A program made the translations under genes and the position numbers. From assembly GCA_034669905.1 (NCBI GenBank), contig JAXMOL010000020.1, forward strand, positions 69,147-133,146: a stretch of DNA of 64,000 nucleotides, in the 5' to 3' direction. Position 1 is the stretch's first letter, and each line of letters starts with the position of its first letter. The stretch comes from Candidatus Hydrogenedentota bacterium (GTDB lineage Bacteria > Hydrogenedentota > Hydrogenedentia > Hydrogenedentales > JAEUWI01). Below, in pieces: positions 47,130 through 56,759 of the stretch. Below the pieces are notes generated by a model. The model was not told the DNA's origin, did no database searches, and saw only the letters and a program-made list of their open reading frames with translations.

Positions 47130-48755
47130 TCACCGCTCGAAGTAAATTCCCGTTTCCGTTATGCCGTCGGGGAGTTTTTCCGAGAATTCGGACAAATGCG
47201 CTATCAGGGACGCCCGGGCCTCTGGTGCCACCGCGTAGATAGACACGGTGTGCCACCCACAGTTGATATTGAAGGGGATGCGCCACGTGCCCACCTTTTC
47301 CCAATGGGCCGGCAATAGAGAGCCGTCTACCGTCCGAAACCAACGGTCATACACGATGGCGACCTGCACGTTCTTTTCACGGGTCAGCCGGTCGATATCG
47401 TCGGCCCCGTAGTCGCCGTGCAGCCGGGTTTCGGCCACTTCTTTGGAGGCCAAACCAAATATATCGACCATCTGGATGTCCGTCAGAAAGGACGGGGCGC
47501 CGATATCGTTCAAGGCAACGGCCTGCCCATTGTAATACGTGCCCAGAAATCGCGCCATCTGTATCTGCTGATTGTAAATGTTCCACGCCCGTATAGGCAG
47601 GGCAAGATGGGCAATAGCAGCGTATAGAATCAGGGCCCCCATGGTGCCCACCGCCACGAAGCGGTAGGACCGGCGTGAATAGGCGGAACGGGGGAAGAGG
47701 CGGAATCCTTGCTGAAACAGGGGGCCCGACTCAAGGGCCAGGGCCACGACACCCAGTGCTGTCAGATAGGCGACGTAACGGGCGTAGACACCGGTAGCGG
47801 CAAACTCCAGATGAACGAGGGCCGTAATCAGATAGATCATCTGGAGTATAGCGGGGACGGTCCAGCACGTCCGTCCGCCCTGATAACGGGCCCGCAGGGT
47901 GATGGCACAGCCTATCAACAGGAGCGGTATTTCGGGGTGGGAGAGACAATTGATCAGGAATTTCGGACCAAGATGAAGCCAGAATCCCCGGATGGAAACC
48001 GTAGGAGCCCATGCTTTCAATTGAACGGAGTAGGGCAAGAGGGGGAGTTCCATGCGGTGCATCATGAATCCGAACAGCAGCACCGGCACGAGGGCCGCAG
48101 CACCCACAGCGACACCGAAAAAGAAGGAGCGGCCCCCTATATTCCGGAGCCCGTTCCTCAGGGCAAAAAGAACACAAACCGAGCCAACCAGCGCAAAGCC
48201 TTCAAATCGGGTGCTGGTTACCAGGGCACTGAGAAGTAGCACAGGCAGCAAACTGCGTACCGTGGGACGTGACTGTGCCAGCAATCGCGCGGCGCCCAGG
48301 GCAAAGGCCAGACACACCCAAACCTGGAAAATATGCTCCATACCAATGAAAACAAGTGTAAAAACACAAGACAGGAGCGCTATGCGCAGGGCGATCCCTT
48401 CCAGTGGGGCTTCCTTCGGGAGCAGGTTTCGCAAGGTGGCGTGGAGCCAAACGGCAAAGCCCACGGCCAGCCCCAGGGAGAGATAGAATCCCGTCAGAGG
48501 GGCCGTGCCGATCAAGAGCATGGCGCCACTTAAGAGCAGCGGCCAGACGATAGAAGAGGAGGAGGCGCTGGGCTCATAGGCCGTGACGCCCCACACCTGA
48601 TTCTCCACCAGATGCTTGGCCAGCGCCAGATGGATATAGCTGTCATCCAGCGCATAGGTGAAGGAGCCTTCACAGAGATAGAGAATCAGCAGGAGAACCG
48701 CAGCGGTGTATGCGATAAGCACGCTGAGGACCTTGAGTACGGACATTGGGTTCAT
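47130..48755 (-). CDS. Polytopic membrane protein, putative GT-C-type glycosyltransferase
   Basis: YALDDSYIHLALAKHL...WG...SSSSIVWPLLL acidic first loop; GMEH; TRFEG; C-terminal NDIGAPSF...VDIFGL. Confidence 0.65.
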   Translation of the reverse strand: MNPMSVLKVLSVLIAYTAAVLLLILYLCEGSFTYALDDSYIHLALAKHLVENQVWGVTAYEPSASSSSIVWPLLLSGAMLLIGTAPLTGFYLSLGLAVGFAVWLHATLRNLLPKEAPLEGIALRIALLSCVFTLVFIGMEHIFQVWVCLAFALGAARLLAQSRPTVRSLLPVLLLSALVTSTRFEGFALVGSVCVLFALRNGLRNIGGRSFFFGVAVGAAALVPVLLFGFMMHRMELPLLPYSVQLKAWAPTVSIRGFWLHLGPKFLINCLSHPEIPLLLIGCAITLRARYQGGRTCWTVPAILQMIYLITALVHLEFAATGVYARYVAYLTALGVVALALESGPLFQQGFRLFPRSAYSRRSYRFVAVGTMGALILYAAIAHLALPIRAWNIYNQQIQMARFLGTYYNGQAVALNDIGAPSFLTDIQMVDIFGLASKEVAETRLHGDYGADDIDRLTREKNVQVAIVYDRWFRTVDGSLLPAHWEKVGTWRIPFNINCGWHTVSIYAVAPEARASLIAHLSEFSEKLPDGITETGIYFER

Positions 48756-48922
48756 TCTTTCAACAGGTTTGGAGGCCGCAGATCCGGCGACGGAAGTTGG
48801 CCTGTTTTCAGAGCAGGTTGCTACCGAAGGGTGTCACGTTGTCTGAAAAATGTTACGGGGCAGGGGACATACCAGGAGAGATAATATCATGAACCCGCCC
48901 GTCCCCGTGTCTCCAGCGCGAG

Positions 48923-50188
48923 TTACTCCCGCCCGAAGTTTCTGCCAGCCAACCTTTCAGCGACCAGGGAACGGTCGGTGGTGAAAACCTTCACTTCATG
49001 GGGTAGGAGGCGCGTCAATACGCGACCATCTCGTACGACCAGCGATTCATCCCCATAGAGCTGGTGGAGCGTCTTGTCCTCCAGTGGGGCGAGCCCATTG
49101 ACCTCGACTCCCATGTGGGCCCTATTGTCTTCGTTGACCAGAACGACGAGTCCTCCCGATTGGTTAACACGGGCACTGTAAGCTACGCCCCGGATAGGTT
49201 CTAACGTGGGCGCTTCAATGAGTCGAAGCGACGTGCCCTGCACCCTGGGGGCTACAAGCAGCGTTTGGAGGGCGGCCAGTTCACGGGTAACCGCAAAGAT
49301 GGACTCCAGAAAGGCGTCGTTCTTCGTATAACGGGAACCCCAGTAGAGAATGGCGGTCGCGCCATGGGCGATGGCATCCCAGGCCATAAAGCGGGACTCG
49401 TCAAAGGTCGGGTAGGCTTCAGGGAGGTCCTTGTCCGTTTTGACCTCATGCCAGGAAAAGGCCTGGAGCACCATCCAGACCGGTTTGCCTTCGCCCACGA
49501 GGTTGAAGCGTTCCGTGTAATCCGCGACATTGGCGATGGGACGTCCCATCGATTTTACGGGGTAGAGGTCACAGCCCGTGATGTCGACTACGTCCAGGTA
49601 TTGGCGTACATACTCGGTGTCGCTTTTGTAGGCCTCGTTGAACCAGACCGGGCGGGAGTCGCCGTCAATCTCGCGGATTGCGGCCACCCAATCATGAATG
49701 TTGGGCATGATTTCTGCCGCGCGCGCTTTCGCATGGGCCACGGCGTTGGGCGTCTGAGCCCACCAGGCATCCTTTATTTCGTGGGTGCCGTCGCGGAAGA
49801 GGCCACTGAAAGCGGTGAAGTTCCACACCAACTCGTCGGGCCCCTCCCAGATGGCCAGCGCCGGGTGGGTGGCCATCTCTTTGATCCGAGTGCGGCCAGC
49901 ATCATCCAACGCGGTGTGCATGGGAAGGGTGTGCCAACCATACATGCCGAGTCGTTGTGCCCGGTCGAGGGCATCGGCGTTTCCACAACGGACGAGGTTG
50001 ACACCGGATTCGGCCATGTGTGTCGCCCGCGCTTCGTCCTCGGGGAAATTATAGAAGCCGATGGGGAAAAGCGTCTTGCCTTCGACGTGCATCAAGCCGT
50101 CGTGGGCACGGGCGTCATGTGATACCAGACCTATGATGAACAAACCAATTGGAATCAAAAGCCGTATCTTCAATGCTGCTGAGCGCAT
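48923..50188 (-). CDS. Secreted putative glycoside-hydrolase-like (TIM-barrel) protein
   Basis: Signal peptide; LFPIGFY, HPALAIWEGPDEL, DITGCDLYP, KPVWMVLQAF, WDAIAHGATAILYW. Confidence 0.65.
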   Translation of the reverse strand: MRSAALKIRLLIPIGLFIIGLVSHDARAHDGLMHVEGKTLFPIGFYNFPEDEARATHMAESGVNLVRCGNADALDRAQRLGMYGWHTLPMHTALDDAGRTRIKEMATHPALAIWEGPDELVWNFTAFSGLFRDGTHEIKDAWWAQTPNAVAHAKARAAEIMPNIHDWVAAIREIDGDSRPVWFNEAYKSDTEYVRQYLDVVDITGCDLYPVKSMGRPIANVADYTERFNLVGEGKPVWMVLQAFSWHEVKTDKDLPEAYPTFDESRFMAWDAIAHGATAILYWGSRYTKNDAFLESIFAVTRELAALQTLLVAPRVQGTSLRLIEAPTLEPIRGVAYSARVNQSGGLVVLVNEDNRAHMGVEVNGLAPLEDKTLHQLYGDESLVVRDGRVLTRLLPHEVKVFTTDRSLVAERLAGRNFGRE

Positions 50189-50234
50189 GCGTTTCTCCCA
50201 AAGGTTTGGACATGGCTAGAATACAAGAAAGTCT

Positions 50235-50264
50235 AACCACGAATGAACACAAATTTACACGAAT
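50235..50264 (+). repeat. 10-bp-periodic ACACGAAT repeat, same family as 12258-12446
   Basis: AACCACGAATGAACACAAATTTACACGAAT is nearly identical to 12258-12286. Confidence 0.7.
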
Positions 50265-50442
50265 ATTAGTGGCCGTGAAAGCATACGATGAGTCGTTTGT
50301 TGCTGCGATCCATCGCGGCTCGCACTTGTCCCTCTCTATGCTTCTGTGTAGTTCCGTACTACTATCCGGAATTTTCTTGTTTTTTCGCAAAGATTTATGG
50401 GAGACGAGCTTCGTAACCTATTGTCCCCATATATTTTCCAGA

Positions 50443-50531
50443 GCCGTCATCCCCGCGAAGGCGGGGATCCAGAAACGCGGCAACGTGAACGTGCATACCC
50501 ACTGGATTCCCGCCTTCGCGGGAATGACGGC
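50443..50531. repeat. dRS3-like REP pair (ATTCCC-N8-GGGAAT type)
   Basis: GCCGTCATCCCCGCGAAGGCGGGGATCCAG ... CTGGATTCCCGCCTTCGCGGGAATGACGGC inverted pair. Confidence 0.85.
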
Positions 50532-50662
50532 CCATCTCAATTCGGTTGCGGCCAACGGCCTCCATAAGCTATCCGTGGTCAGCTAATTTATGGCCACGGA
50601 TAGGACGGATAACACAGATGAGGGGCGACGGGAGTCTGCCAGCATTTCCTGAATCAATTTGT

Positions 50663-50792
50663 ATGGAGCGCCGGCGGCCCGCCAATCTGTATAGAGCGCT
50701 GGCGGCCCGCCGACATCGGTGCAACTATGTTGCACCACTACTAGATGCCCCTTCGCGTTGAACGCGCTGCCAGCAGCCCGCCAACGCCCCAT
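50663..50792 (+). repeat. GGAGCGCC-type REP element (~100 bp) with internal GGTGCAAC/GTTGCACC hairpin
   Basis: 50691-50792 aligns with 52987-53089; extra half copy at 50663. Confidence 0.75.
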
Positions 50793-50813
50793 GCTTCGGC
50801 AGATTATCGCAGT

Positions 50814-52814
50814 CTAAAACGCCGTCACTACTACCTCACTCACCGTAAGTTTGTCCGGCGCGATGAGCCGTTGCAGGTCATCCAGATCATAGTAGGTCAG
50901 GGCGTTGTGTACGGTGTTGATAAGCTGATCCTGGGGGCGCGGCGCTTCCACGACGGCCTGCCACGTGGGGATACCGCCCGTGAGGGTCACGTGAGCGTAG
51001 GCCTCCGGTTGGAGGGCGGCCGCATGGAGGGCGGGCACGGTGGATTCCCCGTAGGCCGTGAGGGTGATGGGGGCCTTGGTTTCTTCCCCAAACCAACGGG
51101 TGACCTGGCCGAGGTCATCGGTTCGCAAGCCCACGATGGAAAGGGCATTGAGATAGGCGCGCATGAAGGTGCTCCAGTCATTGCCCACCTTGAGCCAACC
51201 GCCGCCCCACTTATAATTTTCCGTGAGTCCCATCCCGCGCAACGACACAAAGAGATAGGCGTGGTTGGGCGTGAGCCCTACGTCCAACACCGACTGTAGT
51301 TCGTCCAGGTTGGTGTCAGGGGTGAAAATATGGGCCTGGGCAATGTCGCCAGCCTTGGGCAGGTAGGCCCGGGCAGGCAACACAATGCCCGGCTCGGTAG
51401 TAAGGAGCAGGTGCCGCACGGTGTGCTCGCCCACTTCCGTTTCGCCGAGGACTTCTGCGGTTACGGGGGGCAGGGCATCGGCGGCCCGAATGCCCGCAAG
51501 CTCCCGGACTTTTTGCAGCGCCACCTCGGGCGTATTTTCCTGCCAGAAGGCGGCCCGCTTCGCCTTGAGGCCTTCGGCGCGCTCCCGGTTGATGTCGAGG
51601 GTGCTGCGGTAGCCCTCCACGGCGGAAACGAGGCCCGTGGGGGTGCACTGCATGTCGGCGTCGGTGAGTATGGCGAAATCGATTTCGTCCACGGGGGCAT
51701 CGATATCCAACAGCCAACGCTGCATCCATTGGGCCATACCCTCGCGCAGATGAACGCTGAAGCCGTGGGTTTCGTCCGCCTCCACGAGGCTGACGCGCTC
51801 GGGATAGCCCAGTCGCGTATAGAGTCGCTTGGCTTCGCGGAACGTGCCCCAACTGCCCTGGATGTCGAAGAAATCCTGCGTGGCGGTGAGCATGAGGGTG
51901 GGGCGGGGTGCGCGGATGTGGAGGTAGTCCGCGTGGTCGAGGCCGTTCTTGATTTGGCCGAAGATGTTCTGTTCGCCATCCTGCGGACCGATGGTTTCGA
52001 GGATACGCTTCCACGACGTGACGTAGCAGCTCGGTGCCGCCACGGCCACCCGCTTATCGAGGGCCATGATATAGCTCGACAGGGTGCCACCACCCGAATT
52101 GCCCGTGACGCCGATTTTTTCATCGATGATGTCCGCGCGGCTCTGGAGATAGTCGATGGCCCGCATGCCGTCCCAGATGCGATAGCCCGCAATGGAGGTG
52201 CCCGTGAGGATGGCGCCCACATCGAAAACCGTGTGCTCCACGGTCGTGCTCACGTTGGGATTGCCCTGCCCATCCTGGTAGTGGCGTCGCTCGCCCTGGC
52301 CGATGGGGTCGTAGCAGAAGGCCGCCATGCCGTGTCGCGCAAGGAGAATACAGGCCCGCTGATAGGCCTCCGCCGCTTTGCCGTTTGCACTGTGACCACA
52401 GGGCACCAGCACGGCGGGATAGGGGCCTTCTGTAACCGGCAGGAAAAGCACCGCCGTCACGAAGAAATTAGGGCGACTCTCAAAGATGACTTTTTCATAG
52501 CGAAAGCCTTCGCCCATGCCCTCGCCGACGACCCGGGCATTCAGGGGCGTCCGCTCGGGAAAGCCCCCCAGGGCGGACACGAAGTAGTTATACTTTTCGT
52601 CCTGATAGGTGGCGATCTCTTCGGGCGTCTTCAGAGACTCATAGCGCTCACTCCGGGCCGCGATGTTCGCGAAGGCAATGTCTTCCAGATAGCGATTCAC
52701 CATTTCATCCGGGGCCGTGCCGCCGAGGGATTTTGTAATGGCTTCTTTGTATTGGTCATCCGAAACACCGGTAAGGGCCAGGGCCGCGCCGATGAGGCAT
52801 GCAGTAAGATTCAC
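50814..52814 (-). CDS. Acetylxylan-esterase-like alpha/beta hydrolase, secreted (paralogue A)
   Basis: ERTPLNAR, FESRP, PAVLVPCGH, YDPIGQGER, IWDGMRAIDYL, GVTGNSGGGT nucleophile motif, QDGEQN; GTG start 52814 with AGGAG RBS. Confidence 0.88.
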   Translation of the reverse strand: MNLTACLIGAALALTGVSDDQYKEAITKSLGGTAPDEMVNRYLEDIAFANIAARSERYESLKTPEEIATYQDEKYNYFVSALGGFPERTPLNARVVGEGMGEGFRYEKVIFESRPNFFVTAVLFLPVTEGPYPAVLVPCGHSANGKAAEAYQRACILLARHGMAAFCYDPIGQGERRHYQDGQGNPNVSTTVEHTVFDVGAILTGTSIAGYRIWDGMRAIDYLQSRADIIDEKIGVTGNSGGGTLSSYIMALDKRVAVAAPSCYVTSWKRILETIGPQDGEQNIFGQIKNGLDHADYLHIRAPRPTLMLTATQDFFDIQGSWGTFREAKRLYTRLGYPERVSLVEADETHGFSVHLREGMAQWMQRWLLDIDAPVDEIDFAILTDADMQCTPTGLVSAVEGYRSTLDINRERAEGLKAKRAAFWQENTPEVALQKVRELAGIRAADALPPVTAEVLGETEVGEHTVRHLLLTTEPGIVLPARAYLPKAGDIAQAHIFTPDTNLDELQSVLDVGLTPNHAYLFVSLRGMGLTENYKWGGGWLKVGNDWSTFMRAYLNALSIVGLRTDDLGQVTRWFGEETKAPITLTAYGESTVPALHAAALQPEAYAHVTLTGGIPTWQAVVEAPRPQDQLINTVHNALTYYDLDDLQRLIAPDKLTVSEVVVTAF

Positions 52815-52912
52815 GGGAACTACTCCTGATTGGGGGTTAACATCAAGCAGACAGTGTGCCATGAAGGGGACGGTGCTGTCGAGGCAAGTAGGGATGTGCA
52901 AGTGACGTACTT

Positions 52913-53089
52913 ATGGAGCGCCAGCGGCCCGCTGGCATGGGCGCAACGACGTTGCACCATGAATAGATCCTGAAATTGACCTGGCTATGGAGCGCCAGCG
53001 GCCCGCTGACATCGGTGCAACGACGTTGCACCATGAATAGCACTAGGAATCGCGTTGACCGCGATGCCGTCGGGCGGACGGCACTCCAA
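52913..53089 (+). repeat. Tandem GGAGCGCC-type REP elements
   Basis: ATGGAGCGCCAGCGGCCCGCTG...GCAACGACGTTGCACCATGAATAG twice (52913, 52987), closed by inverted GGCACTCCA. Confidence 0.8.
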
Positions 53090-53098
53090 TAAATATCC

Positions 53099-53254
53099 AA
53101 GGGTGCCACCCTTACGCACGGGAGCCTTGGCGACCACGCTTACGGGTGTGGGGGCAAGCAAGATGTTCTCCAAAGTGGGAAGGCAAATTAGCGACGGTCA
53201 GTCCCTACACCCACAAACCCGTTCGTTCCTCACGTCTTTGAGGGTGGCACCCTT
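53099..53254. repeat. GGGTGCCACCC-type ~150-bp inverted-repeat element (MITE/REPIN-like)
   Basis: AAGGGTGCCACCCT ... AGGGTGGCACCCTT termini; internal CACCCACAAA shared with 8923-9070. Confidence 0.8.
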
Positions 53255-53310
53255 GCCGTGACCCTCAGCAATACATGCATTGACTCAATGGGCCTCTTGG
53301 GCCTACCATA

Positions 53311-54126
53311 TTGGGACAGTGGCAGTATCCAAGGGGATTTCAAGTGTACGTACTAAACACCGACCCGAAACACGCGCGTTGGCAACGACGTCTCCAGGCC
53401 ATTCAACTTGCCGTGGCCCTTCTCACCTTTGGTGTCGTGCTGTTGATTATCTGGGCACAAGCCACCAACGCAGCCGACCCGGATTGGCCTGCCTACCTGG
53501 CCGAAGGCGCATGGGCGTTTATATTCGTCGCCATTGCCGGTGCGTCGGGCTATCGATACCTTACCGGAAGCCGGGGCATCGCCCGGGTCGTGCTGACGGA
53601 GAAGACCTTGGCGCTCAAGCAACGGGGCAAGCCGGCCATTTTTGTAAGGCGTGATGCGTGCATCGCCTACGGTCCGAGCAGACGCGTGTTTCTTTTGGCC
53701 GATGGAAGTGAGTTGGATCTTTACGCCACCACACTTCCCCCGAAGTCCGCCAATGAAATCAGTGCATTCGTAATTGCGCATTGGTGGGGGGCGGAGACAC
53801 TAGACGCGTTGGAGCACGCGCTGGAAGAAAAATGCCCTATATCCAAGGTGCTACGAGGTCTGTATTTGACCTTTCTGCTTCTGACGGTGTCCCTGATCGT
53901 GAGTGCGCCCATTGGCGTGGCCCTTGGATGGGTTGAGTTGCTCGATGCCTATACACTATTTCTTGCGGGCACTTTTTCCAGCCTTGTTTTTTTCGTGTTG
54001 CTACGACTGCGGCAAGACAGGGAAAAGGTTCGCGCCGAATATCGTGTCTGTTTTCCCGACGTTTCTATTGACGAGCGGCCGCCGTATGAAGAGCCGCTCG
54101 TGCAAGTCCTTTGGGAGCGAGCGTAA
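53311..54126 (+). CDS. Hypothetical membrane protein (about four TM segments)
   Basis: 271 aa ORF with clear hydrophobic helices; stop overlaps the next start (TAATG); start uncertain. Confidence 0.65.
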   Translation: MGQWQYPRGFQVYVLNTDPKHARWQRRLQAIQLAVALLTFGVVLLIIWAQATNAADPDWPAYLAEGAWAFIFVAIAGASGYRYLTGSRGIARVVLTEKTLALKQRGKPAIFVRRDACIAYGPSRRVFLLADGSELDLYATTLPPKSANEISAFVIAHWWGAETLDALEHALEEKCPISKVLRGLYLTFLLLTVSLIVSAPIGVALGWVELLDAYTLFLAGTFSSLVFFVLLRLRQDREKVRAEYRVCFPDVSIDERPPYEEPLVQVLWERA

Positions 54127-54986
54127 TGGCGTATAAGGAAGATACATTCTGGGAAGAACACGAGCCGGTCTATTCAGAGTCCGACGCGCTGCGGGAGAAG
54201 GCGGAGGACCGGGGGATGGTTGCGGAGGAAGTATCGGATTGGCGGAAGTGGGGGCCGTCGCTGGTCCTAAGTATTCCACTGCTATATTTCGTGACTATTG
54301 CGACTCTCCGGTCGGGAGTCGATCGTGCAAACGCGTTGTTCGCATTCATGATGCTCTTTCCCATCGCATTGTTGTTAACCTTCGTCCTCCAGTCCGCCGT
54401 GCGCCGTTATCGCCTGGTGGAAGACGATACCTGGGTGGAGCATTCTCCACCGCCCCGTCGGAGACCCCACGCGCTGCTTCTGCAGGTGTTAGGCACGCAC
54501 ACATTGTATGCACGAGTGGGGCCACCACAGGCAGGGGAGTCACCAATCTACTTTCATCCGGATATTCGTGGCGTTGGGCATTGGTATGTCGTTCCATTTT
54601 ATGTGCTCGCTATGTGCAATGCCCTTGTCGGAGTGATGCTCTATGCGAGTCCGCTGGCCTTGCTCTATATAACTTTTATCCTTCTTCACGTGTTTCGTGC
54701 CGGGTACATGCGCGCGCGGGTGAAGGCGGGCGTTCGTGTGTTTGGCATGGGGGTAGAAGGCAAAGCGGAAGAGAAGCCACCACACCGATTTGAGGCGGTG
54801 CAACGCGCCGAACTTCGGTGGGATACCCTGCTCCAGCAGTCCTATCTCTTACTCAGCACGGATAACGGGGATACGCGTTACTATAGCCCGACCAACGACC
54901 CGCTTTATTTGGCCCGCCTCGCGAAACACCGGATACCGGAGGGCGTGCTTCAGCGTAGGGATGGCGATGGGGTGGCAATAGCGTAG
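54126..54986 (+). CDS. Hypothetical membrane protein (about four TM segments)
   Basis: Start MAYKEDT at the TAATG overlap with GGGAG RBS; TM pairs separated by soluble segments. Confidence 0.68.
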   Translation: MAYKEDTFWEEHEPVYSESDALREKAEDRGMVAEEVSDWRKWGPSLVLSIPLLYFVTIATLRSGVDRANALFAFMMLFPIALLLTFVLQSAVRRYRLVEDDTWVEHSPPPRRRPHALLLQVLGTHTLYARVGPPQAGESPIYFHPDIRGVGHWYVVPFYVLAMCNALVGVMLYASPLALLYITFILLHVFRAGYMRARVKAGVRVFGMGVEGKAEEKPPHRFEAVQRAELRWDTLLQQSYLLLSTDNGDTRYYSPTNDPLYLARLAKHRIPEGVLQRRDGDGVAIA

Positions 54987-55000
54987 GCGTCAAAAATTGG

Positions 55001-55132
55001 CACGCAAAGGCGCAAAGACGCGAAGGAATCTGTTTCTGTTTGGTGTTCTCGTTCGTGTGTTTGGCAGTTAGTTTCGGGGCGAGCGTTGGGTAACAGGAGT
55101 TGCTTTTCTTTGCGGCTTTGCGCCTTTGCGTG
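55001..55132. repeat. Inverted pair of 8-bp-periodic CGCAAAG repeats
   Basis: CACGCAAAGGCGCAAAGACGCGAAG ... CTTTGCGGCTTTGCGCCTTTGCGTG. Confidence 0.8.
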
Positions 55133-55327
55133 AGATCTATTTGGAACGGAAGGGGAATCAAGCGCCACGGAGCTCTATGCCTCCACGTGAATCACACGGA
55201 CAAACCCGACCGGGCCTGTCCGTGGGACCCGCCGTTTCCTTGTTTGACTATGGAGAACTCATCCTGTCGGTGGCCCCGTCGGTTACTTTTGATAGGAGGG
55301 TTTCGTGGTTCGAAGAGAGGGCTGCAA

Positions 55328-56479
55328 TCAGGGCGTCCAGATCGTTGAGGCGATGAAGTGTTGGGGGTGTTCTTCGGTGGACCAGTAATACATCGCGACC
55401 AGCTTGCCGTCGCCCCGCTGCACGAGGCGGGGATAGCCCATGTCGGCCCAGCCGTCGAGGCTCTTGTAGTCTTCCCGGAGGATGAATTCCTCGCCCCAGG
55501 TCTTGCCATTGTCGTCGCTGTATTTGCCGCATAACTTCGCCGTGTCCCGGTCGCCGTAGATGGAACAGATGCGGCCGTCGGCGAGCAGCACGGTGGCGGG
55601 GGGATTGGAGTTTTCGCGGATTTTGGTGATGGTGCTCTGATACCGCCACGTGTTGCCGCGGTCTTCGGAAATGTAGGCTTCGATGGTACTTTCCAGCACG
55701 CTCTTGTCCACATAGATCTTGCGGAAGGTGCACAGGAACGTGTCCTTTGCAATCCGGATGGTCTGGGGCATGATAGCGCGGAATTCTTCCGTGTCGGGCG
55801 TGACCCAGCCCACGAAGTCGAAGTTCACGCCGCCATCCGTGGTCCGTACGCAGGCCACCTGGCTGGTCTTGGATTCACCCCGGCCATTGGCGGTGATAAA
55901 GAGATAGGCCTCGTGCTTTCCCGTAATGAAGTAGTCGGTGCGGGGGGTAAGGTCGCGTCCGAGGAATTCCGGTTGCTCGTGGAGGTCGCCAAGATACCAG
56001 GGGCCCTTCCAGGTGGCGCCCCGGTCGTAGGAATAGTAAAAGCCGGCCTCCGGGTCGTCGTTGCCGTGGTAGCCCGTGGCGAAGACACGCATCGCAAAAC
56101 CTTCATGCTCAAAGTCGAGGGTCTCGGTGGGTTTCTGCTTACCCTTGGGGTGCCACTTGACGTTGTCATCATCGAGGAAGTTTTCCGGGTCGAAGGTCTT
56201 CCACGTTTCACCCCCATCGAGACTCCGGGCGAAGTGAGCGGACTCAATACCCGTGATGTTGTGGCTGTCCCGGACGACGATATCGCCCTGGGTAAAGCCG
56301 ACGAGGATTTCCTCGCCCCATTGCCACACGCCGTTGTTGGCGGGCCAGCCGTGAAACTTATCCTTTTCGATGGCGGCGATATGGTGTTCGAGGTCGTCGG
56401 GTTGCTGGGCGTGGGTGACGGCGCAAAGGGCCACGACGATGGGGAGCATGAGGAGCGACAAGTTATAGCGTGTTTTCAT
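55328..56479 (-). CDS. BNR/Asp-box sialidase-like protein, secreted
   Basis: Asp-boxes SLDGGETW, SYDRGATW, TTDGGVNF, SEDRGNTW, SDDNGKTW; GWPANNG; DMGYPR; signal peptide from MKTRYN. Confidence 0.87.
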   Translation of the reverse strand: MKTRYNLSLLMLPIVVALCAVTHAQQPDDLEHHIAAIEKDKFHGWPANNGVWQWGEEILVGFTQGDIVVRDSHNITGIESAHFARSLDGGETWKTFDPENFLDDDNVKWHPKGKQKPTETLDFEHEGFAMRVFATGYHGNDDPEAGFYYSYDRGATWKGPWYLGDLHEQPEFLGRDLTPRTDYFITGKHEAYLFITANGRGESKTSQVACVRTTDGGVNFDFVGWVTPDTEEFRAIMPQTIRIAKDTFLCTFRKIYVDKSVLESTIEAYISEDRGNTWRYQSTITKIRENSNPPATVLLADGRICSIYGDRDTAKLCGKYSDDNGKTWGEEFILREDYKSLDGWADMGYPRLVQRGDGKLVAMYYWSTEEHPQHFIASTIWTP

Positions 56480-56576
56480 GGGACACCTTCTCGATTGAAT
56501 TGGCATAGGTTATTGGCGCGATTCGACGTCAGGGGAGCTTATTGCGTCAGACCAGTTCGTTCAACCCGCCGAGTAA

Positions 56577-56657
56577 TTCCCCTCCTGGGAGGGGCCAGGG
56601 GTGGGTTTGGGTTGATCTCGTGACTTGACCCACCCCCAGCCCCTCCAAGGAGGGGAG
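56577..56657. repeat. CCCCTCC/GGAGGGG-type REP pair
   Basis: TTCCCCTCCTGGGAGGGGCCAGGGGTGGGT ... ACCCACCCCCAGCCCCTCCAAGGAGGGGAG. Confidence 0.8.
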
Positions 56658-56759
56658 TATCGATCAGAGCGTGATGTGATTTTGGCAACGAAAGGGCTCT
56701 CATTGGTGTTTACACTCACCTTGCCTCGGACAGGAATGTCCAAGATCCTGATATTGGTC

